Below are positions 10,644 to 22,248 of a DNA stretch of 64,000 nucleotides, in pieces. Origin of the DNA: Candidatus Cloacimonadales bacterium. Lineage in GTDB: Bacteria > Cloacimonadota > Cloacimonadia > Cloacimonadales > DAONDQ01. Location: positions 2,176,001 to 2,240,000 of the forward strand of contig OY759316.1 in NCBI GenBank assembly GCA_963662275.1. Reading direction: 5' to 3'. The translations under genes were made by a program, and so were the position numbers. The notes under the pieces are model-generated. The model did no database searches. It was not told the DNA's origin and was given only the letters and a program-made list of their open reading frames with translations. Every line of letters starts with the position of its first letter. Position 1 is the first letter of the stretch.

Positions 10644-10712
10644 GCATTACGGTACCAATACGGTAGCAATACGGTAGCATTACGGTAAAAAACCGTATTT
10701 GTACCGTAATGA
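10644..10712. repeat. 11-bp tandem repeats (gcattacggta) followed by inverted copies
   Basis: Four direct units, then aaaaa and accgta... inverted units; the same element is at 34771-34836. Confidence 0.75.
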
Positions 10713-10740
10713 TATAGCAGTGGAACGGTAGTTCAATTGG

Positions 10741-10917
10741 AGAAGGTGTTAGGTGTTAGGTGCTAGGTGCTAGGTGCTAGCTCTCCCGGCTATACTTCGA
10801 CTCCGCCTAACCTAACCTTTGCAAAAGGGAGGGAGATCAGATCAGTCTTCATCTGCCTGTCACCTGTTACCTGTTACCTGTTACCTAGCACCTAGCACCT
10901 AACACCTAACACCTTCT
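10741..10917. repeat. Inverted arrays of 7-bp tandem repeats (aggtgtt/aggtgct)
   Basis: 10741-10773 is the exact reverse complement of 10885-10917; acctgtt heptamers adjoin. Confidence 0.85.
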
Positions 10918-10921
10918 GCCC

Positions 10922-12151
10922 CTAGTATATCTTCGATACTCCCATATTCATCACATGATAATGTTCCAGCCCCAGAGGATAGCATTTATCCTTGCTGACA
11001 CCAATGAAATCTTTACCGAACATATCAAAAAGATTGGATTTTATGTTCAGTTCAGGTAATTTACCCAGCAAATTTACTCCATCACTAAGAAAAGCAAGTT
11101 GAACAGGTGTTCCAAAGTCGCCTTTGAAAGTAAAATCCCCACCACTAGCAATGTAAACCACAATGCCGAGTTTACCATTCAGCAATTCGACGAGTGTTTT
11201 GTTCGACGGTTGAATCATCAGTTCAGCACTGCCTACTTTTGGAATAGAGTCATATGATCCAGATGCAGCACCAGTAAGAGGCATGTTGTATTTCCTTGCG
11301 GTTTCCTTATCCGTATAACCATGCAGGAGTTTACCGTTTTCGATCAGTTTTAAACGATAACCATCGTTTACAATTCCTTCCATATCAAAGAATGCGGTTA
11401 TTGTATCATCCGAGTGGTTTGTTTGCCAAAGTGTAAAATCCTTACTGAATACATCCTGTCCGATTTTAGGTGCTAATAGAGAACTTCCAGTGCCGATGAT
11501 CATACCATTCAGATCGCTGTTGAGCTTGGAAGTACAACTATCCTGCCCCAGGAATATTATTGGATAGTCCTCTTGTTCCGGCAAATCAACCTCAGTGAGG
11601 AAGGCTTTTAGTACGTTCTTATAATTACTGATAAATAACTCACGGTCATATTCACGTCCGTAATAAGCAAAATAGCCATCCATAATATTTGCTGATGATT
11701 TATGCTTGAACATAAAGGCGAATAAAATATACTCATCGTGATATGACAAATCCAGTCCAAGTTCATTTTGAAGTGAGATTGAAGTCGAATTCACCGATGC
11801 TTTGTTAGATAAGGAAAATTCCGGGTATGCTGAGGTTAATTCAGCTAATATTGCTGCTACTTCTTTTTGAAGATCAAATCCTCCTGGTAAAGTAAGTTTA
11901 CTGCTGACACTCTCTTTCCGGTTTGAAGAAAGCGCATACGGATAGGGGATCTTCATAGAAAGCATATCTTTTGCTTTGCGAATCAGTTCTTGCTCATCAT
12001 AAGAACCCTGTGCCCCAGCAATACCGATACATTCATTCTCAAATATACGAATCCCTGTAGAAGTTTTTGTTTTTTTCCTAAGCGCATGTACTTCACTATT
12101 GACAACTACTATTGAAGATTCTTTATCTAACTGTGTGTAGATTTCTTTCAT
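10922..12151 (-). CDS. pmbA: PmbA/TldE-family protein (non-catalytic partner)
   Basis: FFDMEG and LIENGKL motifs, GGDF..GDF; lacks HExxxH; directly downstream of TldD. Confidence 0.75.
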   Translation of the reverse strand: MKEIYTQLDKESSIVVVNSEVHALRKKTKTSTGIRIFENECIGIAGAQGSYDEQELIRKAKDMLSMKIPYPYALSSNRKESVSSKLTLPGGFDLQKEVAAILAELTSAYPEFSLSNKASVNSTSISLQNELGLDLSYHDEYILFAFMFKHKSSANIMDGYFAYYGREYDRELFISNYKNVLKAFLTEVDLPEQEDYPIIFLGQDSCTSKLNSDLNGMIIGTGSSLLAPKIGQDVFSKDFTLWQTNHSDDTITAFFDMEGIVNDGYRLKLIENGKLLHGYTDKETARKYNMPLTGAASGSYDSIPKVGSAELMIQPSNKTLVELLNGKLGIVVYIASGGDFTFKGDFGTPVQLAFLSDGVNLLGKLPELNIKSNLFDMFGKDFIGVSKDKCYPLGLEHYHVMNMGVSKIY

Positions 12152-12160
12152 CTTCTCCTC

Positions 12161-13498
12161 CTATTGGACGTTTAGTTCCGAAATAAGTACATAAGGTCCG
12201 CCAAAACTAACAGGTAGCGGATGCTGTTCCTCTTTTCCACAGCCACCCAAGACATTCGAAAAGATCACTTGCTTATCTGAAAGGGCTTCTATTCTTCCCA
12301 AAGTCTCAAAGACACTGCCTGTTACTACTGAGATATCAATAGGATAGGCGATTTTACCGTCTTTGATGAAATAGGCTACAGATGGTGCAAGAGTGAAAGT
12401 GGACATACCAGAGCCATGCTTGATTTTTTCGATGAAGATGCCTTCCCTGACTTGAGCAAATAGTTCGTCTTTAGTCAGTTTACCTGGTTCAATGAAGGTA
12501 GAAGTCATCCTGACAATAGGTTCAAATTCAAAATTAAGAGCCCTTGCATTTCCTGTAGGTTCTTCATCAAGGGACACTGCTGTTTCTATACTGTGTAATC
12601 TACCAGCCAGGATACCATTTTTTACCAGGTATGTCCTTTGAGGAGGAAATCCTTCATCATCAAAACCAATATAGCCACTACCTGGGATATTACCATCATC
12701 AACAATAGTGAGAATATCAGTCCCAACCTTCTTTCCAATCTCCCATTCCTTCTTCATGTTCTCATCACCCAGCATAAAATCAGCTTCACTCTTATGACCA
12801 AAACTTTCGTGTGCAAAAACACCAGCTACCATTGGTGAGAGAATGGTCATATACTTTCCGGGTTTGATTGGTTTGGAATTCGATAGGAATTCATCACTTT
12901 GTTTGAGCATATCTATAAGTTCGCTATCTCTCATTTGAAGATCAGAGAACCTGTCGACGGCAGTTTCATGACTATTATGAAAGATTTTATCTCCATCCAG
13001 CATAGTGATAGAGTATTGCATACCACAAAGTTGCCAATCGGTTGTAATATCAGCACCATTTGAATTGAAGATATTTTTCACAAGATACTTTTCCGAATAG
13101 ATTGCCTGCCACATACTTAACTTGGTATTAGCAGCAAAGATTGGAAAGAATGACCTGATTAATGCTAGTTTATCTTCCATAGGGACATCAGTTGCTTTAC
13201 AGTCTTTAAATCGAAGGCACGTTGAATGATCATTAGGCATTCTTTTAACGATAGGATGTTCATTGATCATCGGGTTAGGGGTACCGTTTGAATAAAGAAT
13301 CTCTAATTCATCCTGGATCTTATCGATTTCCGTGGTTGAGCTATAGTACCATTTGTTCCCATCAAACACACGCAGGAAGGCTCCTTTTTTCTTTCTATTG
13401 ATCACATTTTCGATTTCACCCTGCAGGAACGAATAAAAAGTTATTGTTGTTTCTTCAATGCGAATGTCGGTAAAGAAGTTCGGATTGAATTTGTACAT
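12161..13498 (-). CDS. tldD: TldD metalloprotease
   Basis: HESFGH zinc motif, FDDEG, PTGNAR, PIVRMTST, C-terminal GGCGK. Confidence 0.9.
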   Translation of the reverse strand: MYKFNPNFFTDIRIEETTITFYSFLQGEIENVINRKKKGAFLRVFDGNKWYYSSTTEIDKIQDELEILYSNGTPNPMINEHPIVKRMPNDHSTCLRFKDCKATDVPMEDKLALIRSFFPIFAANTKLSMWQAIYSEKYLVKNIFNSNGADITTDWQLCGMQYSITMLDGDKIFHNSHETAVDRFSDLQMRDSELIDMLKQSDEFLSNSKPIKPGKYMTILSPMVAGVFAHESFGHKSEADFMLGDENMKKEWEIGKKVGTDILTIVDDGNIPGSGYIGFDDEGFPPQRTYLVKNGILAGRLHSIETAVSLDEEPTGNARALNFEFEPIVRMTSTFIEPGKLTKDELFAQVREGIFIEKIKHGSGMSTFTLAPSVAYFIKDGKIAYPIDISVVTGSVFETLGRIEALSDKQVIFSNVLGGCGKEEQHPLPVSFGGPYVLISELNVQ

Positions 13499-13830
13499 AA
13501 AAACCTCCTATATTATTGAATTCAATGACTCCAAATAATCGATACTCATATCAACTGTCAAGTTATATGTTTATTTATTATAGTTAGTTAGATATAAGCA
13601 AATGCATAGGTGTGCAGAATGCTTACCTTTGTTTATATCGAAATACATTATATCACTCTTTCAACTCAGTTCTTTCACAATGAATAGAAAACAGAAAACC
13701 TATATCCAATCTTCCCTTTCTGTAATCTGTAAGCTGTTAGATGTGAATTGTATGCATCTCCCCCATCTTAATTCTTGACATTACCTTTTCACTTATTAAG
13801 AAGGTTAATCACATAAGTGGAGGAATTCCA

Positions 13831-16800
13831 ATGATAATAGATTCTCGATACCAGGTACTTGAGAGTTTAGGTACCGGATTATGGGCAACTGTTTATAAAG
13901 TTCAGGATATCCGCACGGGTAATATATATGCTTTAAAATTCTTTCAGCAATTGGACGCCAATGAACTGTATGAGAAATTTACTCCCGAGGATATGCATCA
14001 TATTACCCAAATAGAACACCCTAATCTAATTCGTGTAAATGATTTTGGTAATGTGGGAAAGAATATTTATTATATCAGTGATTTCTATAAAGGTCAATCT
14101 CTTAGTGCCTATAAATTCAAGACATCAAATATTGAACTACTATATGATATCATAGTCCAAATCTGCTATGCGCTGCATGCATTGCACACCCAGGATATCA
14201 TCCATAAAGATCTGAAACCTGATAATGTTTTGTACCAGATTGTTGATTCACAACCTGAAGTGAAAGTTCTGGATTATGGCTTTTATAAGATTGATATGCA
14301 GAAGGATCATCAGAAGGTAACAGGATCTCTCCCCTATATCGCACCGGAAGTTTTCCTCGGACATGGAGCTGTACCGGCAAGTGATTTCTATTCTTTAGGA
14401 GTGACGTTATATCGATTAACAACCGGTTCATTTCCTTTTTCACTGGAGCAGATATCAGCCCTGATAGCAGGAAATCAGCAGCATTTTTTCCCTAAATTTC
14501 CTCGTGAGATCAATCCGAATGTACCACAAACGCTGGAAAAGTTTATTTTAAAACTGCTGGAAAAGAACGCTGAAGATCGATTCAATAATGTTGGAGAAAT
14601 CATCACTTACATCAACAGAACTCAATTGAAACAATATCCTTTTTCTATCCAGTGGTCTGTTGTCAATTATCTAAAATTCAATAGCTATATTGTCCGTGAA
14701 GATTATTCCCACCAACTTCTTGAGTATCTTCCCAATATCAATGAGCGTAATGGTTTGATGCTGTCATTAATCGGAGGAGACGGACAAGGAAAAGATAACA
14801 TTCTCTCCCTGATGCATTACCATTTGCTGAATGGCGATCATTTTGTCTTTGATTATACTTGTACACGACAGCATCATGATCCATTCTATGCCTTGATCAA
14901 GGAATTCCATCAATCGATGTTTGCCGATGATTCACGATTCAGTTATGATCTTTCGCGTATTTCCCAGAAATTCCAAAAGTATATCTTTGATTCAGAAGAT
15001 ACGGCAAAGATACTTGATGTATCATCCGCTGAAGCTTTACTTGATTTTGAATCAGTGAAGAATTATATGATCCATCTTTCAGATGAAAGACCACTTGTAT
15101 TTATTATTCGATCTGCAAATATTCTGACGAAACAGACAATGGATTTCCTGAATTATTGCGCGAATGATATCAGTAAAAAAAGAATATTCATCGTTCTCAG
15201 CTTCAATGATTTCTCAAAAGTGAACCTACTAAAACATACGGTAATACTAAAAATTCAGCCCATAACTTTTGAAGAGCTAAAACAATATACAACTCGACTC
15301 CTCAAACAGCAACCACCAGATTTATTCCTTCATAAACTGGAAGAAAGATCTGCCGGTAATCCCGATTTTATCAAGGATATATTAATCGATATGACTCAGA
15401 AAAAGCTGATTTGGAGTGATAACAGCTTTCATTTTGAGTATGACTTTGCTGATTATAAATTACCGCAACGCTTGTTACAATCTATCTATTCCCGTATGTC
15501 ACACTTAACGGAAGCAACATATAAATATTTGATGAAACTGGCTATTGTATGTCCACCCCTCACGAAGGATCTTATTCGCTTTGTTCTCGGTATTTCTGAC
15601 CAGGATCTCTTCTCTTTATTAGCAGATGGAATCAATAATGAAATTCTTATCAAGAAGGGAGATCATATTTTCTTCAGTTACCTGGATACTCGTGAAAGAT
15701 TGATATCTGAAGGATTAGAAGAAGATAAGATACATGTTTCCAGACAGGTTTTGAGATTTTTCCATGGAAAGCAAATCAATAATGTTATTGTTTGCAAAGG
15801 GGTAATTGAAAATGCATATTGGGCTGAAGATTATGATTCTATTCGCCATCTTTCGTTAAGATTAATCGAGTTATTAGATCGTGATTCTCTTCAGGACAAA
15901 GCATTTGATGAAATTTGCAAAATCATTGAACTTGATTTCTCTAAGAAAATTAAATTACCATTATCAGAAATCATCAGAGACTTGGTGATTCTCCAGGAAA
16001 AAGCTGAACTTACTGGCAATGTCACACAAGCAATTAAATTATTGCGTTCAATACATAAATTACCTGATATCTATGAGAAGTACTTTACCATGGGAACACT
16101 GTTATTGCAAACTGAAAATCATAAAAGTGCCCTGGACAATTTCCAGAAAGCTTTAAAGCTCAGTATAACAGGTATACAGAAAGTGAAAGTTCTATTATAT
16201 CTCACTCTCTTATATGGTCGAATTGGTGATGATGAAAATTATGGACTTACTCTAGATGCTCTGAAAGATAAAAAAATGACAGAGGATTTGAACATTTTCT
16301 ATATCGAACGACTTGCATTATTTCAATATAAAAAAGGTTTCAAGGAAAATGCAATCCAGTTACTTGAGAATTTCTTATCCACTACTTCTTCCATCCAGAA
16401 TGTCAGGTCATTATTTCGATTGGGTTCATTGCACAATAGTTTGGGATTTTATTATTCCAATTCTAAGGCAATATCAGAAGCGTGTGAGCATTATCAGGCT
16501 GCTTTGAAAATCTGGGAGAAAATCAACTGTCAGAGTCGAATGGGACTTATCCTGAATAATATTGGTGATTTAGCATTGATCCAGGGTGATACTCAATCTT
16601 GCCTGAAGAATTTCCATACTGCACAGGAAATTGCTGATCGCCTCGGTATGAAACGTATTGAAGCTCAGTCTTTGGTCAATTTGGGTGAAACCTATATCAA
16701 ACTTGGTGATTTTCATCTAGCAGAGAGCTATCTTCAACAGTCAATGCAGATCAGTAAGACATTGGAAGACAAGCCATTTTGGGATCCCATCCATAGCAAT

Positions 16801-19335
16801 CTGGCATTGGCAAAAAGCAAGATCAATGATTTTGATAATTACTGGAGTTTTATCATGAAGCAGGAACCTGATCTTGCTCAAGGTAAAATCAGGATATTGA
16901 ATCCACTTGTTAAAACGTATTTCTATTATCTTTTTGAAGTGGGTCAGGTTAGGAAGATTCAAGTATTGATCAATAAAAATGCCCATATTAAGTTCGGCAG
17001 TAATCATGAGGAAGAATTCTTTTATAATATCCAGAGTTTAGTCTCTGTGCTTCAAAATGATCATGATGGAGCAATTCAGAATATCAATCTTGCCATGGAA
17101 TATGCGTTGAAAGTAAAAAATGATTATGCCCGTTGTATCTTGCTTAACCGTTTGATAGAATCATTGATTGCCACCAACGATACTGAGAAAGCTCGAGATA
17201 CTTGGCTGAAAGCCCAAAAGATAGCCAAACGCTATAAATATCAATATTGGCAATCCAACCTGGCTATCCTGGATGTAAAGATCAATCTTCTTTTGGAAGA
17301 TATTCCGTTACGTAAGATTTTACGTGATCTTCTCCATATTTGGACTATCATCAAAGAAAAGAGATATTTCCTCCTTGAAGTTGAAACACTTGGCTTGCTC
17401 ACGCAAATCTATCATGAAATGAAAGATGATACTATATCCTCCAATTATTTCAATCAGCTTCAAGCTCAAATGCAAACAGCTACAAATGGAATTCCTACGG
17501 AAGATCGTGATAGCTATCTTAATCTTCATTATGGAAATATCACAAAGGTTGATCAGTATAAGAAATACACGATTGTTTCAAGAACAAAGCAAGCTAAGGA
17601 AAAATGGGATGACCTGCTATATAGTCTCTTAAGATTGCAAAACACGGATAGAATCAAGTTCTTTATTGATAAAAGTATCCAAAAGATGATTTCTCCTTAT
17701 CAGTACAAGATATTACTGAAACAGGAGAAGTTTTCAGATTTCTCAGTTTTCCTGGAATTCAACTGTGAAAAAGACAATTTGCTTTCTGTAGAACACCGCA
17801 ATTATATTAGCCGTGCCCTTGATTCTGATGTTATGATACATCGGATAATTAATGATAAACACCTGATATTTGTTCCTTTGCGCATTAAAACAGCAAAAGT
17901 AGGATGCATGATACTGGCTGATAATGGTGAATTAGACTTCAATCGCTATGAACTGAATATGATTCGAACCATAAGAATGCACTTAAATACTATACTTATC
18001 CGTATCCAGGAATATGCAGATATGAGTCAGCGAATGAACCTGATGAATAAAATGATGGAAATATCGAGACACTTACTTGGTATTCTCGATATTCAGAAAT
18101 TGGAACATGAAATTGTATCTGACTGTATGGATTTTGTAGGCAGTACACGAGGTTTTCTAATCAAGCGGGACATTGTCGGGAACTATTTGTATGTGATTGG
18201 TTTAGATGAAGATAAGAAATTTGTGACAAATTATGCAATGGTTAGTAAAACAGTTCTTAGCGAAGTACAAAAAAGCCTCCACCCTGTTCTCTCGATGAAT
18301 GCCCAGGAAGATAGCCGTTTCCGTGAAGCAATCAGCGTCCAGGATTATATTCTTCATTCTCTATACTGTACTCCAATCCTGGTGAACGAAGAAATTTACG
18401 GTTTCCTGTATTTTGATAATTATCTTGATAATCGCAAGCAAATGGTCATCCGTGCCGATCTGATGAGTCTGATGATGGTGCAAGTTTCAATCGCAATCAC
18501 CAACGCCTTACAGTATGATAGCCTGATTAGAAAGAATAAGGAATTGCATACACTCGATGTTCTGAAAAATGATTTCATCGCTATTGTATCACATGAATTG
18601 AATACGCCATTATCTACTCTCCAAGGTTATGTTTCCCGCCTGAAACGCAATCTGTTTTCAGATGAAAATGATCGTCTTGACCTGCTCAGCAAGGTTGAAG
18701 GTAGTGTTCGCAAGCTGATAGTGACAACAAGTGATATTATCACAATGAATAAGTACAACATCATAACGCAACTGCCAAAGGTTCCCACACAGATCAGTGA
18801 AGTCATTGATATGTTGAGCCATGAAATAGACATACTTTCCAAAAATCGCAGGATGCAGTTAAAAATAGAAATTGAGGATAAGCTACCCCTCGTTGATATC
18901 AACTGGGAAGCTGTACATCTCATGATCTATAACATTGTACTGAATGCCATCCGATTTACACCTGATTTCGGTAATGTAGTCATTGGTGCCAGGCGTTCAG
19001 CTTTTCCACAGGAAAAACTGAATGAAAAGGAATCCCTTGTGATCTATGTCCAGGATAATGGTATTGGTATTCCGGAAAAGGAAATTAACAATGTATTCAA
19101 GAAATTCTACGAGTTAAATGAAGTATTGTCACATCGTTCAGGCGTTGTTGAATACAGAAGTAGCGGACTGGGACTGGGATTGTCAACATCAGCCAGGATT
19201 GTAGAATTACACCAGGGAAAGATCTGGATAAAAAGCAAAGAAAATGAAGGTACAACGGTATATATAGTCTTACCCTTTAAAAGTACTGAAATACCCATTA
19301 CAACAACTAAAAAACCTGAATGGGAATTAATTTAA
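13831..19335 (+). CDS. Hybrid Ser/Thr kinase - degenerate ATPase - TPR - GAF - histidine kinase
   Basis: Hanks motifs ALK, HKDLKPDN, DYG, APE; P-loop-like GGDGQGKD; SAGNP motif; TPRs; GAF (SLYCTPILVNEEIYGFLYFDN); HisKA SHELNTPL; HATPase DNGIGI and GLGLGL. Confidence 0.9.
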   Translation: MIIDSRYQVLESLGTGLWATVYKVQDIRTGNIYALKFFQQLDANELYEKFTPEDMHHITQIEHPNLIRVNDFGNVGKNIYYISDFYKGQSLSAYKFKTSNIELLYDIIVQICYALHALHTQDIIHKDLKPDNVLYQIVDSQPEVKVLDYGFYKIDMQKDHQKVTGSLPYIAPEVFLGHGAVPASDFYSLGVTLYRLTTGSFPFSLEQISALIAGNQQHFFPKFPREINPNVPQTLEKFILKLLEKNAEDRFNNVGEIITYINRTQLKQYPFSIQWSVVNYLKFNSYIVREDYSHQLLEYLPNINERNGLMLSLIGGDGQGKDNILSLMHYHLLNGDHFVFDYTCTRQHHDPFYALIKEFHQSMFADDSRFSYDLSRISQKFQKYIFDSEDTAKILDVSSAEALLDFESVKNYMIHLSDERPLVFIIRSANILTKQTMDFLNYCANDISKKRIFIVLSFNDFSKVNLLKHTVILKIQPITFEELKQYTTRLLKQQPPDLFLHKLEERSAGNPDFIKDILIDMTQKKLIWSDNSFHFEYDFADYKLPQRLLQSIYSRMSHLTEATYKYLMKLAIVCPPLTKDLIRFVLGISDQDLFSLLADGINNEILIKKGDHIFFSYLDTRERLISEGLEEDKIHVSRQVLRFFHGKQINNVIVCKGVIENAYWAEDYDSIRHLSLRLIELLDRDSLQDKAFDEICKIIELDFSKKIKLPLSEIIRDLVILQEKAELTGNVTQAIKLLRSIHKLPDIYEKYFTMGTLLLQTENHKSALDNFQKALKLSITGIQKVKVLLYLTLLYGRIGDDENYGLTLDALKDKKMTEDLNIFYIERLALFQYKKGFKENAIQLLENFLSTTSSIQNVRSLFRLGSLHNSLGFYYSNSKAISEACEHYQAALKIWEKINCQSRMGLILNNIGDLALIQGDTQSCLKNFHTAQEIADRLGMKRIEAQSLVNLGETYIKLGDFHLAESYLQQSMQISKTLEDKPFWDPIHSNLALAKSKINDFDNYWSFIMKQEPDLAQGKIRILNPLVKTYFYYLFEVGQVRKIQVLINKNAHIKFGSNHEEEFFYNIQSLVSVLQNDHDGAIQNINLAMEYALKVKNDYARCILLNRLIESLIATNDTEKARDTWLKAQKIAKRYKYQYWQSNLAILDVKINLLLEDIPLRKILRDLLHIWTIIKEKRYFLLEVETLGLLTQIYHEMKDDTISSNYFNQLQAQMQTATNGIPTEDRDSYLNLHYGNITKVDQYKKYTIVSRTKQAKEKWDDLLYSLLRLQNTDRIKFFIDKSIQKMISPYQYKILLKQEKFSDFSVFLEFNCEKDNLLSVEHRNYISRALDSDVMIHRIINDKHLIFVPLRIKTAKVGCMILADNGELDFNRYELNMIRTIRMHLNTILIRIQEYADMSQRMNLMNKMMEISRHLLGILDIQKLEHEIVSDCMDFVGSTRGFLIKRDIVGNYLYVIGLDEDKKFVTNYAMVSKTVLSEVQKSLHPVLSMNAQEDSRFREAISVQDYILHSLYCTPILVNEEIYGFLYFDNYLDNRKQMVIRADLMSLMMVQVSIAITNALQYDSLIRKNKELHTLDVLKNDFIAIVSHELNTPLSTLQGYVSRLKRNLFSDENDRLDLLSKVEGSVRKLIVTTSDIITMNKYNIITQLPKVPTQISEVIDMLSHEIDILSKNRRMQLKIEIEDKLPLVDINWEAVHLMIYNIVLNAIRFTPDFGNVVIGARRSAFPQEKLNEKESLVIYVQDNGIGIPEKEINNVFKKFYELNEVLSHRSGVVEYRSSGLGLGLSTSARIVELHQGKIWIKSKENEGTTVYIVLPFKSTEIPITTTKKPEWELI

Positions 19336-19350
19336 AGAAAAAAAGAGGAA

Positions 19351-22248
19351 TTGATGAAACAGGGAAATTGGAATACTTTGCTCCTGCTGCTTTTATTCAG
19401 CTTTGCAGCAATCTCATTAGTCGCAGATACAAACGACGACATCAGTGTAATTAAAGGTCTTTACCAGGATAATAACTATAACCTGGCATTGCAGGAAATA
19501 CAACGATTCAGGCAAACATATCCGAATGATGAGCTTCTTCCCGCATTACAGATAATTGAAGGTAATATTGCCCTCCATAAACAGGAATACAATTTTGCTG
19601 ACAGCCTCTTTGAATCCATTGATACAACGAAAATAGATGAAGACATGCAAGCTGATCTCTTATTAGGTAAAATCCAGGTGAAATACTACCTGGGTGATTA
19701 TTCATTGAGCAGTAATCTGGTATTGCAATATAAACAACGTTATCTAAAATCAGATGAATCCTGGCAGGCAATTTACTGGTCAGCCAGGCTGAGTATCAAA
19801 TCCCAGAAGTATGATGATGCTATTCAATCACTTCGTTCCATTGAAAACAGACCTGAGCATAATATAATCTACACAGGGCTTGTCCAAGCCTATGCCTTAA
19901 AACTTCAGATAAACGATTCTGAGAAGTATTTAAGGCTTCTGAAGGATGAATACCCGCAGGATGAGTTTACAAACCAGGCATATATCAATCAACTCCAGGC
20001 ACTTTATTCTCTTGGACAATATGATTCCATTCGAACTTATCTTCAATATTCAATACCGGAAAAATCAATCTACTTCATGGAATATCAGCTTGTGTTAGGT
20101 AAATCTTTCTATATGCTTCATAATTACCCGAAATCCCTGGAATACTTAAACCTTATCCAGCCTGAAAGCGAAGAAGCAAGATTCTATAAAGCGATGAACT
20201 ACTACCAGCAGAAAGATGATAACAAAGCAAAAAAGATATTTGTTGATCTTTCCGATCATGCCAGGAATACTCTCATTCGTTCCAGTAGTTTCCTTCAAAA
20301 CCAGATCATTGTTTTTGAGACAGATCCTGAAGATTCGGATTTTAACCTGAAATTGTATATAAAGGATCATCCTAATGATCCTCTGATTGGAGCATACAAC
20401 TTTCAATTAGGCTATAACTTCTATCGGCAAAAAAAATACACTCTTGCTTCCACACACTTAACACAAGCAATTTCAAATCATATAGATTCGACTACGGAAG
20501 ATAAAGCTTATTATCTCATTGGGGATATCTATTACCTGACTGATGACAAAATTGCTGCTGAGTTATCTTTCCTGGATTACCTGAAACTAATACCCGAAGG
20601 TCAATTCACCGATGAAGTCTTATGTAAGCTGGGCTTTATCTACTATGACAAAAAAGATAACGAAACGGCAAAGGCATATTTCCAGAGAATTCTTGATAAA
20701 TACCGTAATTCAGACAAGTGGGCAATCAGTAACTTCTACATGGGTGAGATTAACTATTATAAATCTAATTATATCATTGCCAAACAATTCTATACTCAAT
20801 CACTAAAAGGGAAACTGGATAATTCCTATCTTTGGCTGAGGATCAGTCAATGTGATTATTTTGTTGAAGACTATACAAATACCCTTACTGATTTACAAAA
20901 ACTACCAGAAAAGAAGGAGTTTTTGTTTGATAAATACCTAATCCAAGGGAATGTATATTTTAATACGAAAGAATATAAAAGTGCCCTGGATTCCTATAAG
21001 ATAGCAGAAAAGAATTATCGAAACAAGGCGGAATGGGAACAAGTCATTAGCCAGGAAGCTTTAGTCTATTATTTGCTGAAGCAATATCCTGAAGCAACTG
21101 CCATCTATAAGCAATTGAGCCAGGAAGCATCTACTCCGGATAAGTTTCTGCTATTAGCTGCAAGTTCTGCCTACAGCGCACAGGATTATATGCAGGCAAT
21201 CCACTTATACAATCTCTATATCACTGATTATCCGAATTCAGTGAACCGTGATAAAGCTCAACTCGGGATTGCTGATTCACATTACAACCTGGGAAATTTC
21301 ACACAGGCAACGGTAGATTATCTGGATATTATCCAACGTTTTGAGAAGGGTCGTTTTTATGAGAATGTCCTGAAGTCCCTGGCTTGGAGTTTACAATTAG
21401 CCAAAGACCAGGATTATACAGATGCACTGAAGAATTTAGAAATAAATCTTAAAGATGCTGATCTGAAACTTAAAATTCAAAGAATCCACTTAGATTATGT
21501 CAAACACATGCAGGAATGGAATAAAACTGTTAAAATGGCAGATGAACTGATTCAATCCGGTACAACGGATATACAAATCAAAATGGTCAAAGCTGAAGCC
21601 CTGGCTAAACTGAAGAGATTCAGTGCTGCGGATAGCGTATACCAGGATATGGATCGGGAAACATTGGGAGCGGAAGCATATCTTGCTTGGGCAAATGTTG
21701 ATCTGATGCGTGGTGATAGTTTAGCTGCTCTAACTAAAATGAAGATTTCATCTGAAAAAACCAGGGATTCTATGATATGGATTCCTCTATTAACTCTCCA
21801 AGTCCAAATGAACGATCCGGATTTCCGTAAAACTTATACTTCCTTCATGAAAACAAATCCGGTTACTGGGTCTGAAGAAGCGGATCTGCTCTGGTGCGAT
21901 TGGGCTATCAAGCATAAACAATATGACGAAGTAAATACAAAGCTGAAGCAACTGGTAAAGACTAAGGACAGGCAAATTCGCGGAAAAGCTGATTTCCTGG
22001 AAGCGAAGTTTACTTTCTTAAATGATAGATTCCAAGATGCCATTCCAGAACTTGCAAGAATAAAATATCTATATCCTGAAATGAGTGACCTTGTCTTAGA
22101 ATCTCAATATATGCTATGCATCTCCTACATCCGAACCAAAGATCTTGATTCTGCCAAATTGATCTATTATTCAATCAAAGCCGATCTTAATGCTTCCCAA
22201 GTGTCTCTTATTGAAGAAACTCTTTCTCCTGAGGGAGGTGAAAGATGA
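19351..22248 (+). CDS. Exported tetratricopeptide-repeat protein
   Basis: Signal peptide and many TPR units (e.g. AYYLIGDIYY, SNFYMGEINYY). Confidence 0.85.
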   Translation: MMKQGNWNTLLLLLLFSFAAISLVADTNDDISVIKGLYQDNNYNLALQEIQRFRQTYPNDELLPALQIIEGNIALHKQEYNFADSLFESIDTTKIDEDMQADLLLGKIQVKYYLGDYSLSSNLVLQYKQRYLKSDESWQAIYWSARLSIKSQKYDDAIQSLRSIENRPEHNIIYTGLVQAYALKLQINDSEKYLRLLKDEYPQDEFTNQAYINQLQALYSLGQYDSIRTYLQYSIPEKSIYFMEYQLVLGKSFYMLHNYPKSLEYLNLIQPESEEARFYKAMNYYQQKDDNKAKKIFVDLSDHARNTLIRSSSFLQNQIIVFETDPEDSDFNLKLYIKDHPNDPLIGAYNFQLGYNFYRQKKYTLASTHLTQAISNHIDSTTEDKAYYLIGDIYYLTDDKIAAELSFLDYLKLIPEGQFTDEVLCKLGFIYYDKKDNETAKAYFQRILDKYRNSDKWAISNFYMGEINYYKSNYIIAKQFYTQSLKGKLDNSYLWLRISQCDYFVEDYTNTLTDLQKLPEKKEFLFDKYLIQGNVYFNTKEYKSALDSYKIAEKNYRNKAEWEQVISQEALVYYLLKQYPEATAIYKQLSQEASTPDKFLLLAASSAYSAQDYMQAIHLYNLYITDYPNSVNRDKAQLGIADSHYNLGNFTQATVDYLDIIQRFEKGRFYENVLKSLAWSLQLAKDQDYTDALKNLEINLKDADLKLKIQRIHLDYVKHMQEWNKTVKMADELIQSGTTDIQIKMVKAEALAKLKRFSAADSVYQDMDRETLGAEAYLAWANVDLMRGDSLAALTKMKISSEKTRDSMIWIPLLTLQVQMNDPDFRKTYTSFMKTNPVTGSEEADLLWCDWAIKHKQYDEVNTKLKQLVKTKDRQIRGKADFLEAKFTFLNDRFQDAIPELARIKYLYPEMSDLVLESQYMLCISYIRTKDLDSAKLIYYSIKADLNASQVSLIEETLSPEGGER

